A DNA stretch of 64,000 bases from the human T2T-CHM13v2.0 reference genome, Homo sapiens. The stretch lies in the NCBI RefSeq assembly GCF_009914755.1, contig NC_060933.1; one strand, given 5' to 3'. The notes below the pieces were generated by a model. The model ran no database searches. It was not told where the DNA came from and worked only from the letters and a program-made list of their open reading frames with translations. A program made the position numbers and the translations under genes. Shown one piece after another: positions 1-16,702 of this stretch (position 1 is the stretch's first letter; every line of letters starts with the position of its first letter).

Positions 1-719
1 CATAGAGTGTAATAGCAGTTTACTGTCATGAAATCTTGGATATTTGTACTTGTTTCAGAATATCATACATATAACACACAGATGGGTGTACTTACATATT
101 TTTAAGTGTCTTAAAACAGTTGGTGTCATACCTAAGGTCAGGGCAAGTGTTCAAAAGATTAAATTTAGAATAACTGGAGCATAACTAAAAAGGGAAAACA
201 CATTTCTCTTTTAATATATGTTTCTACACTGCTCTGTTCCTAGACATCACACCTAAACCCAATATAGCATTCATAAATATCTACCTCAGCCAAACGGAGC
301 ACAATTTACAAGCAAAATAGATTTTGTTTTCTTCATTCTGTTTCCAAATAACGAATTCTCTTTTATTTCTTCCACTGCTTATAGTTCCAATGGAACAAGC
401 TATGGAATGAAGCTTGTTATAAAAGTGGACTTCAGGGTGCATTAAAAATGATTGTGTATAGACAATAGAACATTAAAACATGTTTTCTTAGGAACAGATG
501 CCAGCTGGCAGGGAATAGAGCACTTAATTTAATTTTTTAACCAAGACAGCTTATGTGTACTCCTCAAATACACTATTACATATAGGACAATTTATTGCCA
601 CCATTGCAATGGAAACAACTCAAAACTGTTTGGGTAGACATATTATTTTGTATTTCTATTTTGTTTATAGTAAAGATAAACTGTTTCATGCAGTTTATAG
701 TAAAACAGCAATTATTAGT

Positions 720-1034
720 AGAATCTGGAGGTTGAAAGCAGGTGAACTATCCTTCTGGATACTGGAGTAGCCATTTCTGTTCTCCTATTCAATCCGGCCT
801 CCCCTCGTTCCTTAGCATGACCATGAAGGACATCTTAGGAAAGTGTTTTACTCGATATTTTCCCCCTCAGCTGTAAATAGGAAAGCCTCTTGTTTAATTC
901 ATGCCTTATTAATCATACATAAAAGTCCAAATCCTCTGCTAGACAGGAATTCTCTAGTTCATATGGGTTCCATGGTTCCTGGACAAACCCTCTGCCTTGC
1001 TCTGGTGGAGACTGATGCTGATCTGGAGGTTTAG
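720..1034 (+). pseudogene. Degenerate gammaretrovirus-like (ERV1) protease fragment
   Basis: 752-784 translates LLDTGVAISVL (retroviral aspartic protease DTG motif). ORF 843..1034 contains HALLIIHKSPNPLLDRNSL...LCLALVETDADLEV, resembling the ERV1 pro C-terminus (HAFLIMPESPTPLLGRDIL). Frameshifted. Confidence 0.8.
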
Positions 1035-1048
1035 AACACGAGGCTCGC

Positions 1049-1235
1049 CTAGCCAACAGCCTGAAATCAGGCCAGGAACTAGCAAACAGCCTTAAATCAG
1101 GTCAGGAAATAAGATGGTTAGTTATATCTTTCCAGGGTCAAGCCTGTAATACCTGAGGCCCGAGACCTGCAACCTGAGGCTCCCATCAGCTACTACAATA
1201 GCAAACCTGTGGAAGACCTAAAATACCTGTTTTTT
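1049..1235 (+). pseudogene. Probable ERV1 integrase C-terminal remnant
   Basis: ccaacagcc..aaatcagg..tccagggtcaagcct resembles the PTAVK..W.H.SRVK end of gamma-ERV integrase and lies between pro and env. Confidence 0.45.
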
Positions 1236-1399
1236 AAACAGCCAAGAGATAAGTAATTACTTACAGGCTTCCTTTGGTAACTTTATTACATAGTTACTGT
1301 AGACTATAGTAACCATTTTATATTGTACAGTTTCATTGCTTCCTTCCAAGCAACTGAACTCACTTCTTTTGTAATAATTAAGTAAATGTTTTAATTTGT

Positions 1400-2059
1400 T
1401 TCTATAACAAACAGTTTTAATAGCATAGGTATCCACCCCCTGAGTTTCCCATTCTATAAAACAAAATAACAGATATTTTTGGGTCCCATGTGGTTAACCA
1501 TGGTCTGTGTATACTGGGGCTATGCATACTGGGAATCAGTTTAATTTTACAGCAGAGTTTATCTTGTGGAGAGCTTGGATGACTTTTCCCATAGTATCAT
1601 TACCATACAAAATTAAATAGACTCCTTGGCAGTGGTCACTTTACAAAAGAGAAGAAATCTAGATCTTCTAACAGCTGAAAAGGGCAGCGTATGTCTTTTT
1701 CTAGAGGAAAAATGCAGTTTTATGTCAATCAGTCAGGAATATTGAGGGATATTGCCCAAAAACTAGCCGATTGAGCCTCTAGGAGATGACTACAGCTTTC
1801 TGAGTCATGGAACTTTTGGTAAAAAAAAAAAATGTGGAGTTGGGGTTCATGGCTCCTTCCCCTAGCCAGCCCCCTATTAATAATTACACTTTACCTGGTT
1901 TTTGGACCATGTGTGTTACATCTTTTAGCCAAATTTGTTTCTTCTTGCATAGAGGCCATCAAACTCCAGATCATGATGCAGATGGAACCCTGTGTGAAAG
2001 AACCCTTCCTCTCAGGCCCATTAGACCATCCTCTGGAGGATCCCTTACTGCCACAGTAA
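1400..2059 (+). pseudogene. Degenerate ERV1 env, TM subunit (immunosuppressive domain, cysteine loop, membrane anchor)
   Basis: ~1617-1745 reads [33 protein letters not shown]/..YVNQSGI (ISD consensus LQNRRGLDLL). ORF 1832..2059 WLLPLASPLLIITLYLVFGPCVLHLLAKFVSSCIEAIKLQ is a typical gamma-env anchor/tail. Stops and frameshifts present. Confidence 0.9.
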
Positions 2060-2139
2060 CAATGCCCTCTCACAGCTTGAAGAAGCCTGAGCAGTCATCT
2101 ACCCTCTCCCTCTAATGGCAATTAGGGTCACCACTGGAA

Positions 2140-2751
2140 TGAGAGAGGAGGCAGGTAGAGGCTGGTTAGGCAGATAGATAGGAGGGGTCTCAGAAGAGGA
2201 ACATTGCCTGTGGGACCACACCACCACTGCCTTTGTTATGTAGCTAGCAGGAGGAAATGTGGTTTAGAACGTACTCTTATACCAAGATTCTTGCTCATAA
2301 AGGGACTTTCCAGCTGCAAGTGCAGGTGCAGACAAAGACTGAGGACATTCTAAAATGACCTTGAACTCATTATGATGCCATTAGTATTATTGTGGTTTTA
2401 GACTCACCCCCCACCCCATGGATTTCGCTTAGGCACTAATGGGTAACAACCAAGATGGAGTCACTATGGCCAACACCAGGCATGTGCAGATGCGACGACC
2501 CCAGGGGGAAGCTTTACCCTTCCCAATAAGGTAAAACCCACAGAAGACGTTCTTGTTTCTGCCACATGAAAGACCCAGAACTCAACCCCATTTTTGGCAA
2601 CCCTCTCTGGTTCCTCTCTCACTGCTGAGAGCTTTCTTTCACTTAATAAATCCTACTCTGCCTTACTCATTCCCCAGTTTTCTCATGCCTTATTCATCTT
2701 GGTCGTGGGACAAAACTTGGACCTTACTAAACTAAGGAGACTGCACACACA
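2140..2751 (+). mobile_element. 3' LTR of the ERV1 provirus remnant
   Basis: Directly after env. Starts TG, AATAAA at 2645-2650 after a pyrimidine-rich R-like region, ends CA. Family not assigned. Confidence 0.75.
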
Positions 2752-2864
2752 AGAATTGAGTTATACTAGATTTATGAATTAATGACCACGGGTAGGTGCT
2801 CAATTATAAATTATTTCCAGAAACACACATTATGTACCTATTTTGTAAGATTTAAAAATTCTTT

Positions 2865-3272
2865 TGATGGTGGGATACAATAGTGACACTTGAATTGATA
2901 AAAGGCAGACTTTTTGTTACTGACAGCTCCAAGACAGAGGGCTGCTAAGCAGGATCACATGGAAAGTTGGATTTGCGGACAGGGTGTCAGAAAGTTACAG
3001 TAGTAGGGGGCAGTCTATGTATGACAAGTGGGGTGAAGTTAAATTTTTCAGGCTTCTTGTGAATTGGCTAGTTTGAATGAATTCTGGGGGATGTAAGGGC
3101 TGTATTTAGTTATCTGGTGACTGGCCCTGGGGCAATTAAGGCTTGTACACACTGACCTGAAGTGTTACAGACCTGACTGAATATAATGTTAGAGAGTTGA
3201 TTTAATCAACAGATCAAGAAAGAAAATTAACCAGCCTTTAATCGTGCCTCAGTACTAGGTTAAAATAGCATT
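2865..3272 (-). mobile_element. Possible old LTR remnant
   Basis: GC-richer block with the general look of an antisense ERVL-type LTR. No diagnostic termini recognised. Confidence 0.3.
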
Positions 3273-4291
3273 AAAAAGAAAAACACCTCTATTTTGGTAC
3301 CTACAATGTACTAAACACTTGGAGAAGCAAAGAAAATTGGAGAAGAATTTATACAGTATTATAATAAAGTATGAAATAAAAATTATAATTATTTGTAATC
3401 TTTTGAATGACTTTGTCAGAGTACACTGATAGATTAAAAACTATGTCAGGAACTCCATAATATGACGACACAGGGTCCTTACTTTTACTCATTTAAGAGC
3501 AGTGGAAGCCACAGGGGCCAGTCATAGAACATTTTGCAATCATGTAACTGAACTGACAATTTTGTGTGTATGTCACCCTTCCAGCACCTGATCTTTGATC
3601 GCCTTTGATTTCACTTCTATTTCTCATAATCAGTTTCAGCAACTTCTCCTCTAAGTCTATATGTATCAGCTTTGTGCTTTGTAAATCATCCCATATAAAA
3701 TCTTTGGCTTCTATAATCCCAGGTCTATATAGAAAGTTTGAGGAGATCCTACTCTGCAGCCAGTAAAACATTTAGCTCACGGTGCTAAATAATGACAGTG
3801 ATCATGATGTAAAATATTTTGTGTTATTTTATTGATACCAAAATTTTGTGTTCATAACTTAATTATTGGCATGCAAAAGAAATAATCTTGATTTTTTAAA
3901 ATATTGATATAATGTCTTTATTTAATATATATTACATGGAAGTAAGATTTTAAAATAAAATGCTGTTTTATCTTTAGGATATAATAATAGTAAATATATC
4001 AATATGTAGGGAAGTTCATAGATACTACCTTTTCCATTTTTCTTTGTTGATTCTTTTTATTTATTCTATAAATCTGCTTTGATTGATATAATCTGTTTGG
4101 TAATGAAATAAAATATATTTTCTAGGAAGGTTGAATTTGCTAGTCTAAAAATACTATAGTTCTGAACAAAAAGATAAATAAACAAGAAAAACAAATATGC
4201 TGCAAAGTTTTAAAAAGAGCAGATAATTCTAAGGTACAATGGAATTTAAAGCTGTGATGAACAGCATGATAATCTGTTTCTGCTTGGCCGC

Positions 4292-4656
4292 TGTATTAGT
4301 GTTTTCACACTGCTATCAAAAACTACCTGAGACTGGGTAATTTATAAAGAAAAGAGCTTTAATTGACTCACAGTTCCATGTGGCTGGGGAGGCCTCAAGA
4401 AATTTACATTCATGGCCAAAGGTGAAGGGAAAGCAAGGCACATCTTACATGGTGGCAGGAGAGAAAGAGAGAGAGAGAGAGAAAGTGCCACACATTTTCA
4501 AACCATCAGATCCTCGTGAGAATGCTATCATGAGAACAGCAAGGGAGAAGTCTTGCCCCCATGACTGAATCATCTCCCACCAGGCCCCTTCCCCAACACA
4601 TGGGGGTTAAAATTCAAGATGAGATTTGGGTGGGGACACAGAGCCAAACCATATCA
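4292..4656 (-). mobile_element. MaLR solo LTR, THE1/MST type
   Basis: tgtattagt...ctgagactgggtaatttataaagaaaagag...gagatttgggtggggacacagagccaaaccatatca is the reverse complement of the THE1 LTR consensus. Confidence 0.92.
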
Positions 4657-5117
4657 GTGACAAACATGTAATCTGAGGGACAAATTAAACATTGATTCAG
4701 TGTTATGTTACCAAATGTAATATTTGGGCTTTGGAAATATGCTTGATTTGTCTAAGGGACCAACGGATATCTCAAACCACTAGACTTGTGGGGGTATTTA
4801 ACAAACCTATTACCAAACTCACAGCTTCAAGGAAAGATTGCATTATCTGGCAAGGTAGATTCTTTGACTACAGTGTCATTTTGCCTTTTTCTGCATTGCT
4901 CCTTATTTCCACATATCTCTTTCCATTCTCTTTAGCTTATACAAACTTCTCTCTCCTGGGAGTTTAAAGGCACCTCATTCATCACCACACTCTCATTAAT
5001 ATCCTTTGAACTTAAAGAATACTTTTCAAGAATGATTGACTTCATCATAAAATTTGACCTTAATTTTTCACTAAACCTCTACTCTGATCAGCTTTCCCAG
5101 TGCCTTCTTTTGTCCTG

Positions 5118-5119
<2 letters not shown>

Positions 5120-5155
<36 letters not shown>
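5120..5155. repeat. (AT)n microsatellite
   Basis: Direct reading. Confidence 0.97.
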
Positions 5156-5158
<3 letters not shown>

Positions 5159-5894
5159 CTTTCATATACAAGCATGTTACTTGAAATATATCACACATTT
5201 AACACTGGGTAGTCACAGAAGTCATAGTCAGGAATGATGCATGACATAATAGGAAATAGGTTAAACAGGCAGGCTGGGAATAGGCCACTTGTTCTTGCCT
5301 TTGAAGGCATTAAATTATACTATTAAGAAACATAATAGAAATAATTTTTCTACCTATGGTTCAGAGTGCCCAGTAAAACCTAGATCCTTAATTTTGATCC
5401 AGTTTCAAGGGCCAAGCTGTAATCCCTTCCTAAAAATGGAATTGATGCTGTGCATTTGTTCCTCAGAGAAACTTACTTTTTCACTTTATTTTCACTCTTC
5501 TCAAATGCTTCAAATCTTTCTTGTGTGGATTGGTTTGCCTCTTTGCCTCGGACCCATTTTTCCCCCTTTTCTTGGCCCCGTTGGATAGATAGGTTCTCTG
5601 AACTATGTCGTGGATCCCTGTGTTTACCTATTCCCAGGAGGCTTTTTACAATTTCTACTTTTCTACACTACCTACTGAAAACAAGAACCAACTTAAACAA
5701 GTCTCATGACCAATTCTACCTCCTGAAATTACAACCAGATTTAGATTCTTGTTCTGTTTCCCGCCCCCTGCCTCCAGTGACATAAAAGAGTAGTTTATGT
5801 ACTATTAAGGTTTATCTGAATTTTAGTTAGAAATCTTCCTGTGAAGGAAATTGAGCATAATTTAATCGTTTTCTACAATCATATACACATATAG

Positions 5895-7150
5895 TCCACC
5901 CATTATGTTAGGCAGTGGAGATGCTGCAGTAAAAAAGATAAACGAAGTCCTTGAATTCACATTTTAGAGAGAAATGCAAGAAAACACAGAAAAATACATG
6001 CATAGCACCCAACTAATTAAAATTTTTAATAAATGAAGTAAAAAAATACATACGGTAGTCTAATAAAGATGAACTGACATGGAAAGTACTTCTTGAGAAG
6101 AAAGGTTGTAAACTGGTATCTAAATAATTTTAAAAATGGCCTAGGGATGAGCATAAAAGAAAGGGCCATTTTACAAAAGATAATGGCCTTTTTGAGCAAA
6201 GAAAATGATGCCCAAGTGATCTGGTATGTTGTGTAAGAGGAAGGCTATGTAAGATGATGGTAGATATGTGAATTTATGGTTATAGTAAGTGACACATTTG
6301 TAAGTTAGGGACTGGCATAATCTCATTTATGATTTTGATCTACTACTCTTCTTAGAGAATGAAGAATGGGTTATTGTAAGCTACGGACTGGCATACTCTC
6401 ATTTGTGATTTTGATCTACTATTCTTGGTAAATGAAGAATGGGTTATAGAGATGAAAAAATGGGAGGGAAGCCATTACAAGTTATTGCAGAAATTGATGT
6501 ATGAAGTGAAGTGATATAAATGTAGTATTGGGTAGTGGTAGGTGAGGTTTAGATAAGAAAAAAAAATTCTAAATATTTTGTAGAATTTGTTGATGAAACC
6601 AGCTGCAGTTTATGAGAAAAGCAATTATTTTTACAACTTGTTAAAACAGAGGCTACCTACTGAATTAAAATGGCTTAGGAAGAACAGGTTTGTGGAGTGT
6701 GATAGGATGGGACTCAAAGTCCCATTTTGTATACATTCAAATCTTATGAATAATTTTTGAAACAGTGTAATATAGGCAGTTTAATATACATGTTTGAAAT
6801 TCAGTTGTAGGGTTTTTAATGATCATATAAAGTTAAAGGTATAATATAAGAGATATTTAAAATCACAAAATGATATTATCATATACTGTAATAGTATAAA
6901 TAAAGCAAAGAAAGCAGACTGGCAAGACTGGAATACTCTAATTTTAAATAAAAGGGGGTGGCATTTAGCAATAGAGACTAAGAATATGCAGCTAAAGAGG
7001 TAGAAGAAAACTGCACAGAATGTTCCAGAAGGACGCAGTTCACAACTATCGACTACCCTTTAAGGTTTAGAAAGATGCCAGGAAGAAGAAATGACAGGAT
7101 ATGGCAAGAAAAAAAGTTGTTAGTGACCATAAAAGTGGTGTCAGAGCAAT
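5895..7150 (-). mobile_element. Highly diverged L2 remnant
   Basis: tatgttaggcagtggagatgctgcagtaaaaaagataaacgaagtccttgaattcacattttag and the purine-rich sequence after it resemble antisense L2. Confidence 0.5.
6298..6447. repeat. Two-copy tandem duplication, period ~76 bp
   Basis: ttgtaag.ta.ggactggcata.tctcattt.tgattttgatctacta...aatgaagaatgggttat occurs at 6298 and 6374. Confidence 0.9.
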
Positions 7151-7169
7151 GAGGGCATAAGAGTCAATC

Positions 7170-9770
<2,601 letters not shown>

Positions 9771-11619
9771 TTTTTAAAATTCTGTTTCTTTCAGCCAGCT
9801 CAGCCTGGTTAAGACCTCTTGTTGAATAACTGACCAAATAAACTAGATGGCTATCCCTTTATGAAGATCTGATAAAGGCTGTATGAAAATAGACAAGCTA
9901 TTTAAACATATAAACATTTTTCAGTATAGATGAGGTATTCTAAGTAAAATATTTTCAAGTAGAAAATAGCAAAATATGAAAGTAATAATATAATCTCATC
10001 AATTAGTTCTTTCTCTAAAAATGCATGGATGATTCAATATTAGGAACTTTTCATAAAATTAACTAAAGTAATAAATGGGAAGAAATGCACTTGAAGTTTT
10101 CACTAGTAGGAGTCAGAAGGTGGTCTCTGCTTTTTAGTTGGGCCACCCATCTTTTAGTCTAGAGACTTCCATCAGCAGGAGTCGAGAGGGAGACCTAAAT
10201 ACTGCATGATCTGTCAAGATATCGACCCCTCCATTGCCTCATAAACATGACCTGCCTTAGGGGCATTAAGGATTCCCACTTAAAATATTCCACACAGAAG
10301 CCCAGTTGTCTCAGGTTATACCTCATTAGACTACCACTCCCATAACCCCTACCATATGCCCATGAAATCTAATCCCATTTGCCTCTATACATACTGTATT
10401 CTAATACTTTTAACTTAACATTTTTCAAATCCTGGCATCCTGTCAATCTCTTTTCTAGGATTTACAATCAATCATCAGGAAATTCCCCATACTCTCAACC
10501 TTTTTCTGATATTTTATTCCCATTCATGTTCTAGCAATAACCACTTCTTGGAAAACACTGTGTCCTCTCTAGCACACACCCTTCCAGTACTAAATTTTTC
10601 ATTTTAAATCCCGTAGTTTCATAGGCTTGATGTTGAACTTGGTACCCTTTTATTTATTGGTTCTCCTCCCAGACTATATATCATCCGACCTCCACTTAAA
10701 AACACATCTTGAATATCATACTGAACGATGAACCACATATTATTGTTTCTTATTGTACTAATATATGGAAACGCAGGTCTCTTAATCTTGAATATTTTAG
10801 CTCATGGCTCAGTTTAATTCTGCAACATTGCTCTTTCATAGTTTGAATGATTTCATTTTTCTCATATATGAACATTTAATAGGCTAGTGTGGCAAAGAGT
10901 GGGTATTTTGTTATGAAAACAATTTCTCTTTCTTTTTGACAAAGAGCTAGACAATATTTACAAGTCACCTTTATGTGGACATGTGGATGAATTATGGCTA
11001 ACAGAATATTAGCCGTAATGTGAAAGACATTTGGTGTCACATTGTATTTCAAAAAATAAGTATACTTTCACATTATATTTCAAAAAGTAAGTGTACTTTT
11101 GTAACTTGACTACGCCTAATAATTTATTTCAAGGGATGAATGAAAGGTGAGAATTTCGAGACAAGGCTGATAATTTCCTTTAGGACACACAAAGGAATAG
11201 GGTAAATGGAAGCAAATACGAAGTCAAGTAGAGTTGCTTTGTTGATGTGTCTTTGATTTCTTTTATGATTTTATTTATTTTTCTATATAAAAGTAGATTT
11301 TAGAATAGGTTTTTCTGTGAGTAAAAATGATCCTTTAGAGACAGAGAGATTGAAGATACAGATGTGAAGAAATAAATAAATGTCAGAGATAGGAGTAAAG
11401 TTAAAAGGCCACTGATGCAGGCTGTTTTGATTTGGTAAGGGGAAAAAGAGTAAATTCCCTCAGATAGGTTTCCTACTCCCACTGAATTATGAGGCTAGGC
11501 CACTAGTTGAGATTGTGATTAGGAAATGAGGTGAAGACAGGTTGAAGAGAAAAGAGAAAGGAAAAGCAGCAAGTTCTAGAGGCCAAAGCCTAGGGCCTCC
11601 ATTTCATGTAACTTTTTAA

Positions 11620-12532
<913 letters not shown>

Positions 12533-13481
12533 AAAAAGACAACTTATTTAGAAAAGGGATTTTCTGAAACACATTCTACCAGACGGATAAAAATCTGTTT
12601 AGAAATTATTTTTTTCAAAATCCATTCTACCGCGGTCTACTGTTCTACCATTTCTAATAGAAATCTGTTCTGTCACATATATTAGGAACATGTATTTCTT
12701 AAATACATTTCACCATTCAGAACACAATAAAAATTCTGAAATCTGTTCATTGAGAGTGACTGAAAGAACAGTACTATAAAACTCATGCTTTGTTTTGATC
12801 ACTTCACTGGCCTGTGTGTCAAGAAGGAAAAACTTCTTGAAGAAAGTTTTATACTTTCAAGGGCTGTGAAGTACTAGATAATTTTAGTTACAGGAAAAAA
12901 ATCAGATGCTTGAAATTTAAAAGAGTTTTAAATCATTTCACTAAAGCTAGCTAAATTTTCTTGAGCACTGGCTACATGTCAGAAAGTTTGAAACATCACA
13001 CCATTTTCACTAACAATAAGGGAATGAGATATTCAGTGAAGAGGGACCATGATTGTTAATATCACAGTCATTTTGAAGGTTAAAAATAGGCCAAAAATGG
13101 TTACATTTTTTCAAGGTCGTGTGTACAGTTAGAGAAGAGGTGGAATTTGTTCTAGAAAGTCTTATTTCAAAGCACAGCCTTAATTTCTATGCATAAAGCC
13201 TCCTACTTTATACATTATTTCATTTATCAAATTTTATCAATTTAACAAGATGTTTGTTTTTTTTGCCAAATAAATTATTACACAAGGCCTTTCTTATGCA
13301 TTGATTATAAAAGGCATCTTGATTTCATAGATGTTAAACTATGAAGAAATTAAACTATGTGCCTTAGAATTAATAAAATATAGTAATTGATACCAAATAT
13401 TTTGAGTTAAGTAATGTCAATTTTATGGATTAGGGAGGAGAGTACAGAAGATATTTAATCAACTTGCTTTGGTGACAAAGT

Positions 13482-13812
13482 TTCCTTCCTTCCTTCCTTC
13501 CTTCCTTCCTTCCTTCCTTCCTTCATTCCCTCCCTCCCTCCTTCCCCCCCTTTCTTTCCCTCTTTTTCTTTCCTTCCTTCCTTCCCTCCCTCCCCCCTTC
13601 TCTCTTTCTCTCTCTCTTTTCTTTTCTTTCCTTCCTTCCTTCTCTCCTTCCCCCTCCCTCCCCCCTCTCTCTTTCTCTCTCTTTTCTTTCCCTTCCTTCC
13701 TTCCTTGCTTCCTTCCATCCCCCTCCCTCCCCCCCTCTCTTTCTCTCTCCTTCCTTCCTTCCTTCCTTCCTTCCTTCCTTCCTTCCTTCCTTCCTTCCTT
13801 CCTTCCTTTCTT
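13482..13812. repeat. (TTCC)n / CT-rich polypyrimidine tract derived from an Alu tail
   Basis: ~330 bp of almost pure C/T abutting the Alu 3' end. Confidence 0.95.
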
Positions 13813-14095
13813 CTTGACAGAGCCTCATTCTGTTGCCCAGGTAGTAGTGCAGTGGCGGTATCTCGGCTCACTGCAACTCCAACCTCCTGGACTCAAGCAA
13901 TCCTCTCAACTTAGCCTACGGAGTAGCTGGGACAACAGGTGTGCACCAATATGCCCAACTAATTTTTGTATTTTTTCTGGAGATGGGGCTTGATTACGTT
14001 GCCTAGGCTGGTCTCAAATCCCTGAGCTCAAGCCATCTGCCTGCCTCGGCTTCCCAAAGTGCTGGAGTTAAAGGCCTAAGCCACTGTGCCAGGCG
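13813..14095 (-). mobile_element. AluJ
   Basis: Antisense Alu with J-type cctggactcaagcaatcctc and cctgagctcaagc. Confidence 0.9.
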
Positions 14096-14484
14096 TAAGC
14101 TATTTCTTAATAACGATATACCTGAAGCTATGATTTGTAGATATTTGCAAAATTACTTCTATTTTGAAATAGTTTTATTAAAACTAATTTTGTATCTATT
14201 CTCATTGTGTTAAAAATTAAAATCCTTAAAATGAAAAGTCCCTGCATTATACATAAATAGAATGGTTTACTGAAAAATAAACAAGAACTTGTGTCCCCTG
14301 CCTCCTTCACCTTAGGGACACTAAAAAAAAACTTCATTTGGGAGCCATTATAGAAATTAAAGATGCCTATCTTTAGAAAGGGCATTTCAGATTTTAAGAC
14401 AGCCACCTTTAGAAGTGAAGTACTATACCTATGATTTAGGGAAACTAGTGGTTCAATTATTTGTGTTTTAAGGTTTAAAAATAT

Positions 14485-14592
14485 GGCTTCTTGTTCAAGC
14501 TACTCGGGAGGGTGAGGCAGGATTTCTGGAGCCCAGGAGTCAGAGGCCAGCCAGCGGGGGGCAATACAGTGAGACGACACCTCTTACAAAAA
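14485..14592 (+). mobile_element. Diverged Alu monomer (FLAM-like)
   Basis: agctactcgggagggtgaggcagga...gagcccaggagtcagaggccagcc...gtgagac...aaaaaa. Confidence 0.7.
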
Positions 14593-16511
14593 ATGGTCTT
14601 GATTTCTAGTTTAATACCCAAGATAAAGATTCTAACTCCCGTAAGGTGGGATGCTGTAGTGAAGTATCAGGGTAAGAAATACCTGAGGTGCTTTCTATAA
14701 CAGCATGTGGCAGAGTAGAGCTATCTGGACACAGGCCCAGTAGAATAACATGCACCAGGGCTGTTGCAATTTGATGCTAGAGTTCACAAACCTTTGTGAA
14801 CTGTATAAACCTGTATATTTTGATGAACTTTTTAATGTTATTGCTATTTTTGTTTGTTTGTTTAAAATATATAGGATAAGATCTGACCTACCAGGATGTG
14901 ATACCGAACCCTGTCTCTGGGATTTAGATATTTCATGTGATTGTAATTTGGAAAAGGAAGAGAGATAATGTGATCATGATAGCACTGGGGGTAGTGTAAA
15001 AGCGTGACATTCTAGTTAACCTTGCCTCATTGGCAGAAAGTAGCAGCTGAGGAGGGTAGTAGAGAGAAAGCTTCCTGCATCACAGTGGGTCCTGGTGGGG
15101 AGGCACTCCAATGTATAAAATTGAAGGTGACAGTAATAAAGAGGAAAGAACAGTAATAGAGAAAAAAGGAAGCACAGCAAATCCCATGGGCATGGAATAA
15201 GATAGAAAGAGGAACACAAATGTCAACCAGGGGCAAAGAAGCTGATCCAGGTATTTAATAATAGAAGGTCCCTTTGAGGTCCTTAGAGCAGGGAGCTCAA
15301 GAAACTCTATTTGGTTACGTTTTACAGTAAATATATAAAGCTCAAAATAGACACAGAGAAATCATACTGTCCAGGCATTTGATTTTTATTTCCCTAGATT
15401 TAAAATTGATTTAATAAAAAAGAGCATACTTGCTAGATATCACTCATTTACTGTTGAAAGGATTTGTTTCTCCTTTTCTTACAGACTGTATATTATGCTT
15501 TGAATTTTCAGAGCAACTCTGATACATTTTATTTATAAATATGAATATATGTGAACTAACTAGCAGTCAAAAACTAACGATGCAATGCATTGTCAAAATG
15601 TTAAACTAGACAATATAAAAAAGTTGCCAGCTACATTAAAATATTCATTTACTTCTATATTGAGGAATTAAACCCTGAGTTCAAAAATGACTGAAAATGC
15701 TAAGGTCAAATTTAAAGCACAAAAAATATAGTGTTCCACTTTTTACACATTGCTACTACATATAGTAGTCAATTAAAGCTAGCTGAATTTCTGGTTGCAT
15801 GCAAGGAGATAATATGGGCTCTTAAATCATAGTTGTCATTGTTTATTTCCTCATTTTATGATGATAATATGAAAACCCCTGGATATATTCACAGTCAGCA
15901 AGTTCTGAAATCAGAATACAGTCAATGCTAGCACATTGATGAGGAAATAATCTACGTGGGTTTTTAGAAACTTCATGATCCTAAACAATCCACTCAATTC
16001 AATTCACAGTCTTTTAACTGGCTGGGAATAATGTAAAAAAAAAAAATTTTAAATCATGACCTGTATGTAATATTAGTTTGGGGACTTGGGAGACAAAATC
16101 TATTGTACAGCTTCGGTAAACTATTACAGAAAGTTAATTAAGCCAATAGAAACCTTACATAATTCAATGTCTACTTGTAAGAAAAGGAATACGTGAATGT
16201 GCCCATTGTTGCATGAATTCTGCTGGGGATGGCAACATTGCAGTTTTGAAGGTTTAGGATTTAACTGAGCTACTTGTTTTTTCAGTGGAAACTGCTAAAT
16301 AAATGATAAAAATAAGTACACTTTTTAAAAAGCGATTGCATTGTTCTAAAACTTCCATATATTATTCAATAAGGCATCATTTAACAATATTATCTGGTCA
16401 ATTATTATTCATTCATATATTATTATGAAACGGTAAAAAATCCATGTTCGCAGTATTGATAATGATATTACTTATGATGATGAGGATGGAGATGCTGAAA
16501 TGACATTGATG

Positions 16512-16702
16512 ATGATAGCTAACATTTATGGAGTATCTACTCTGTTTCAAAGAAGGCCTATGCAATGGAGGCTAGAATTTCCACATTTTTCTCAAGAAGA
16601 AAAAAGGTTGAGATAAAGTAAATAAATTGCTCAGTTACACATGAATTTGTTGACCAGAGCTGGAATTTGCACATCTAATGTAACTCTAAAGCCTTTGTGC
16701 TT
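16512..16702 (-). mobile_element. MIR
   Basis: atagctaacatttat...aggttgagataaagtaaataaattgctcagttacaca...gagctggaatttg matches the antisense MIR core. Confidence 0.7.

Noticed and set aside
1832-2059. Possible domesticated env (syncytin-like)
   Set aside because: Upstream env has stops and frameshifts, SU is largely missing, and the ISD is out of frame with the anchor.
13455-13993. KEGR- and PSFL-repeat ORFs
   Set aside because: Translations of (TTCC)n plus antisense Alu.
14485-14592. Possible 7SL/BC200-like ncRNA gene
   Set aside because: Diverged, 5'-incomplete Alu monomer lacking an intact A box.
15990-16300. Unique-looking block with homeobox-like motifs (similar block at ~36000-36430)
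   Set aside because: Motifs are expected by chance in AT-rich DNA; needs conservation data.
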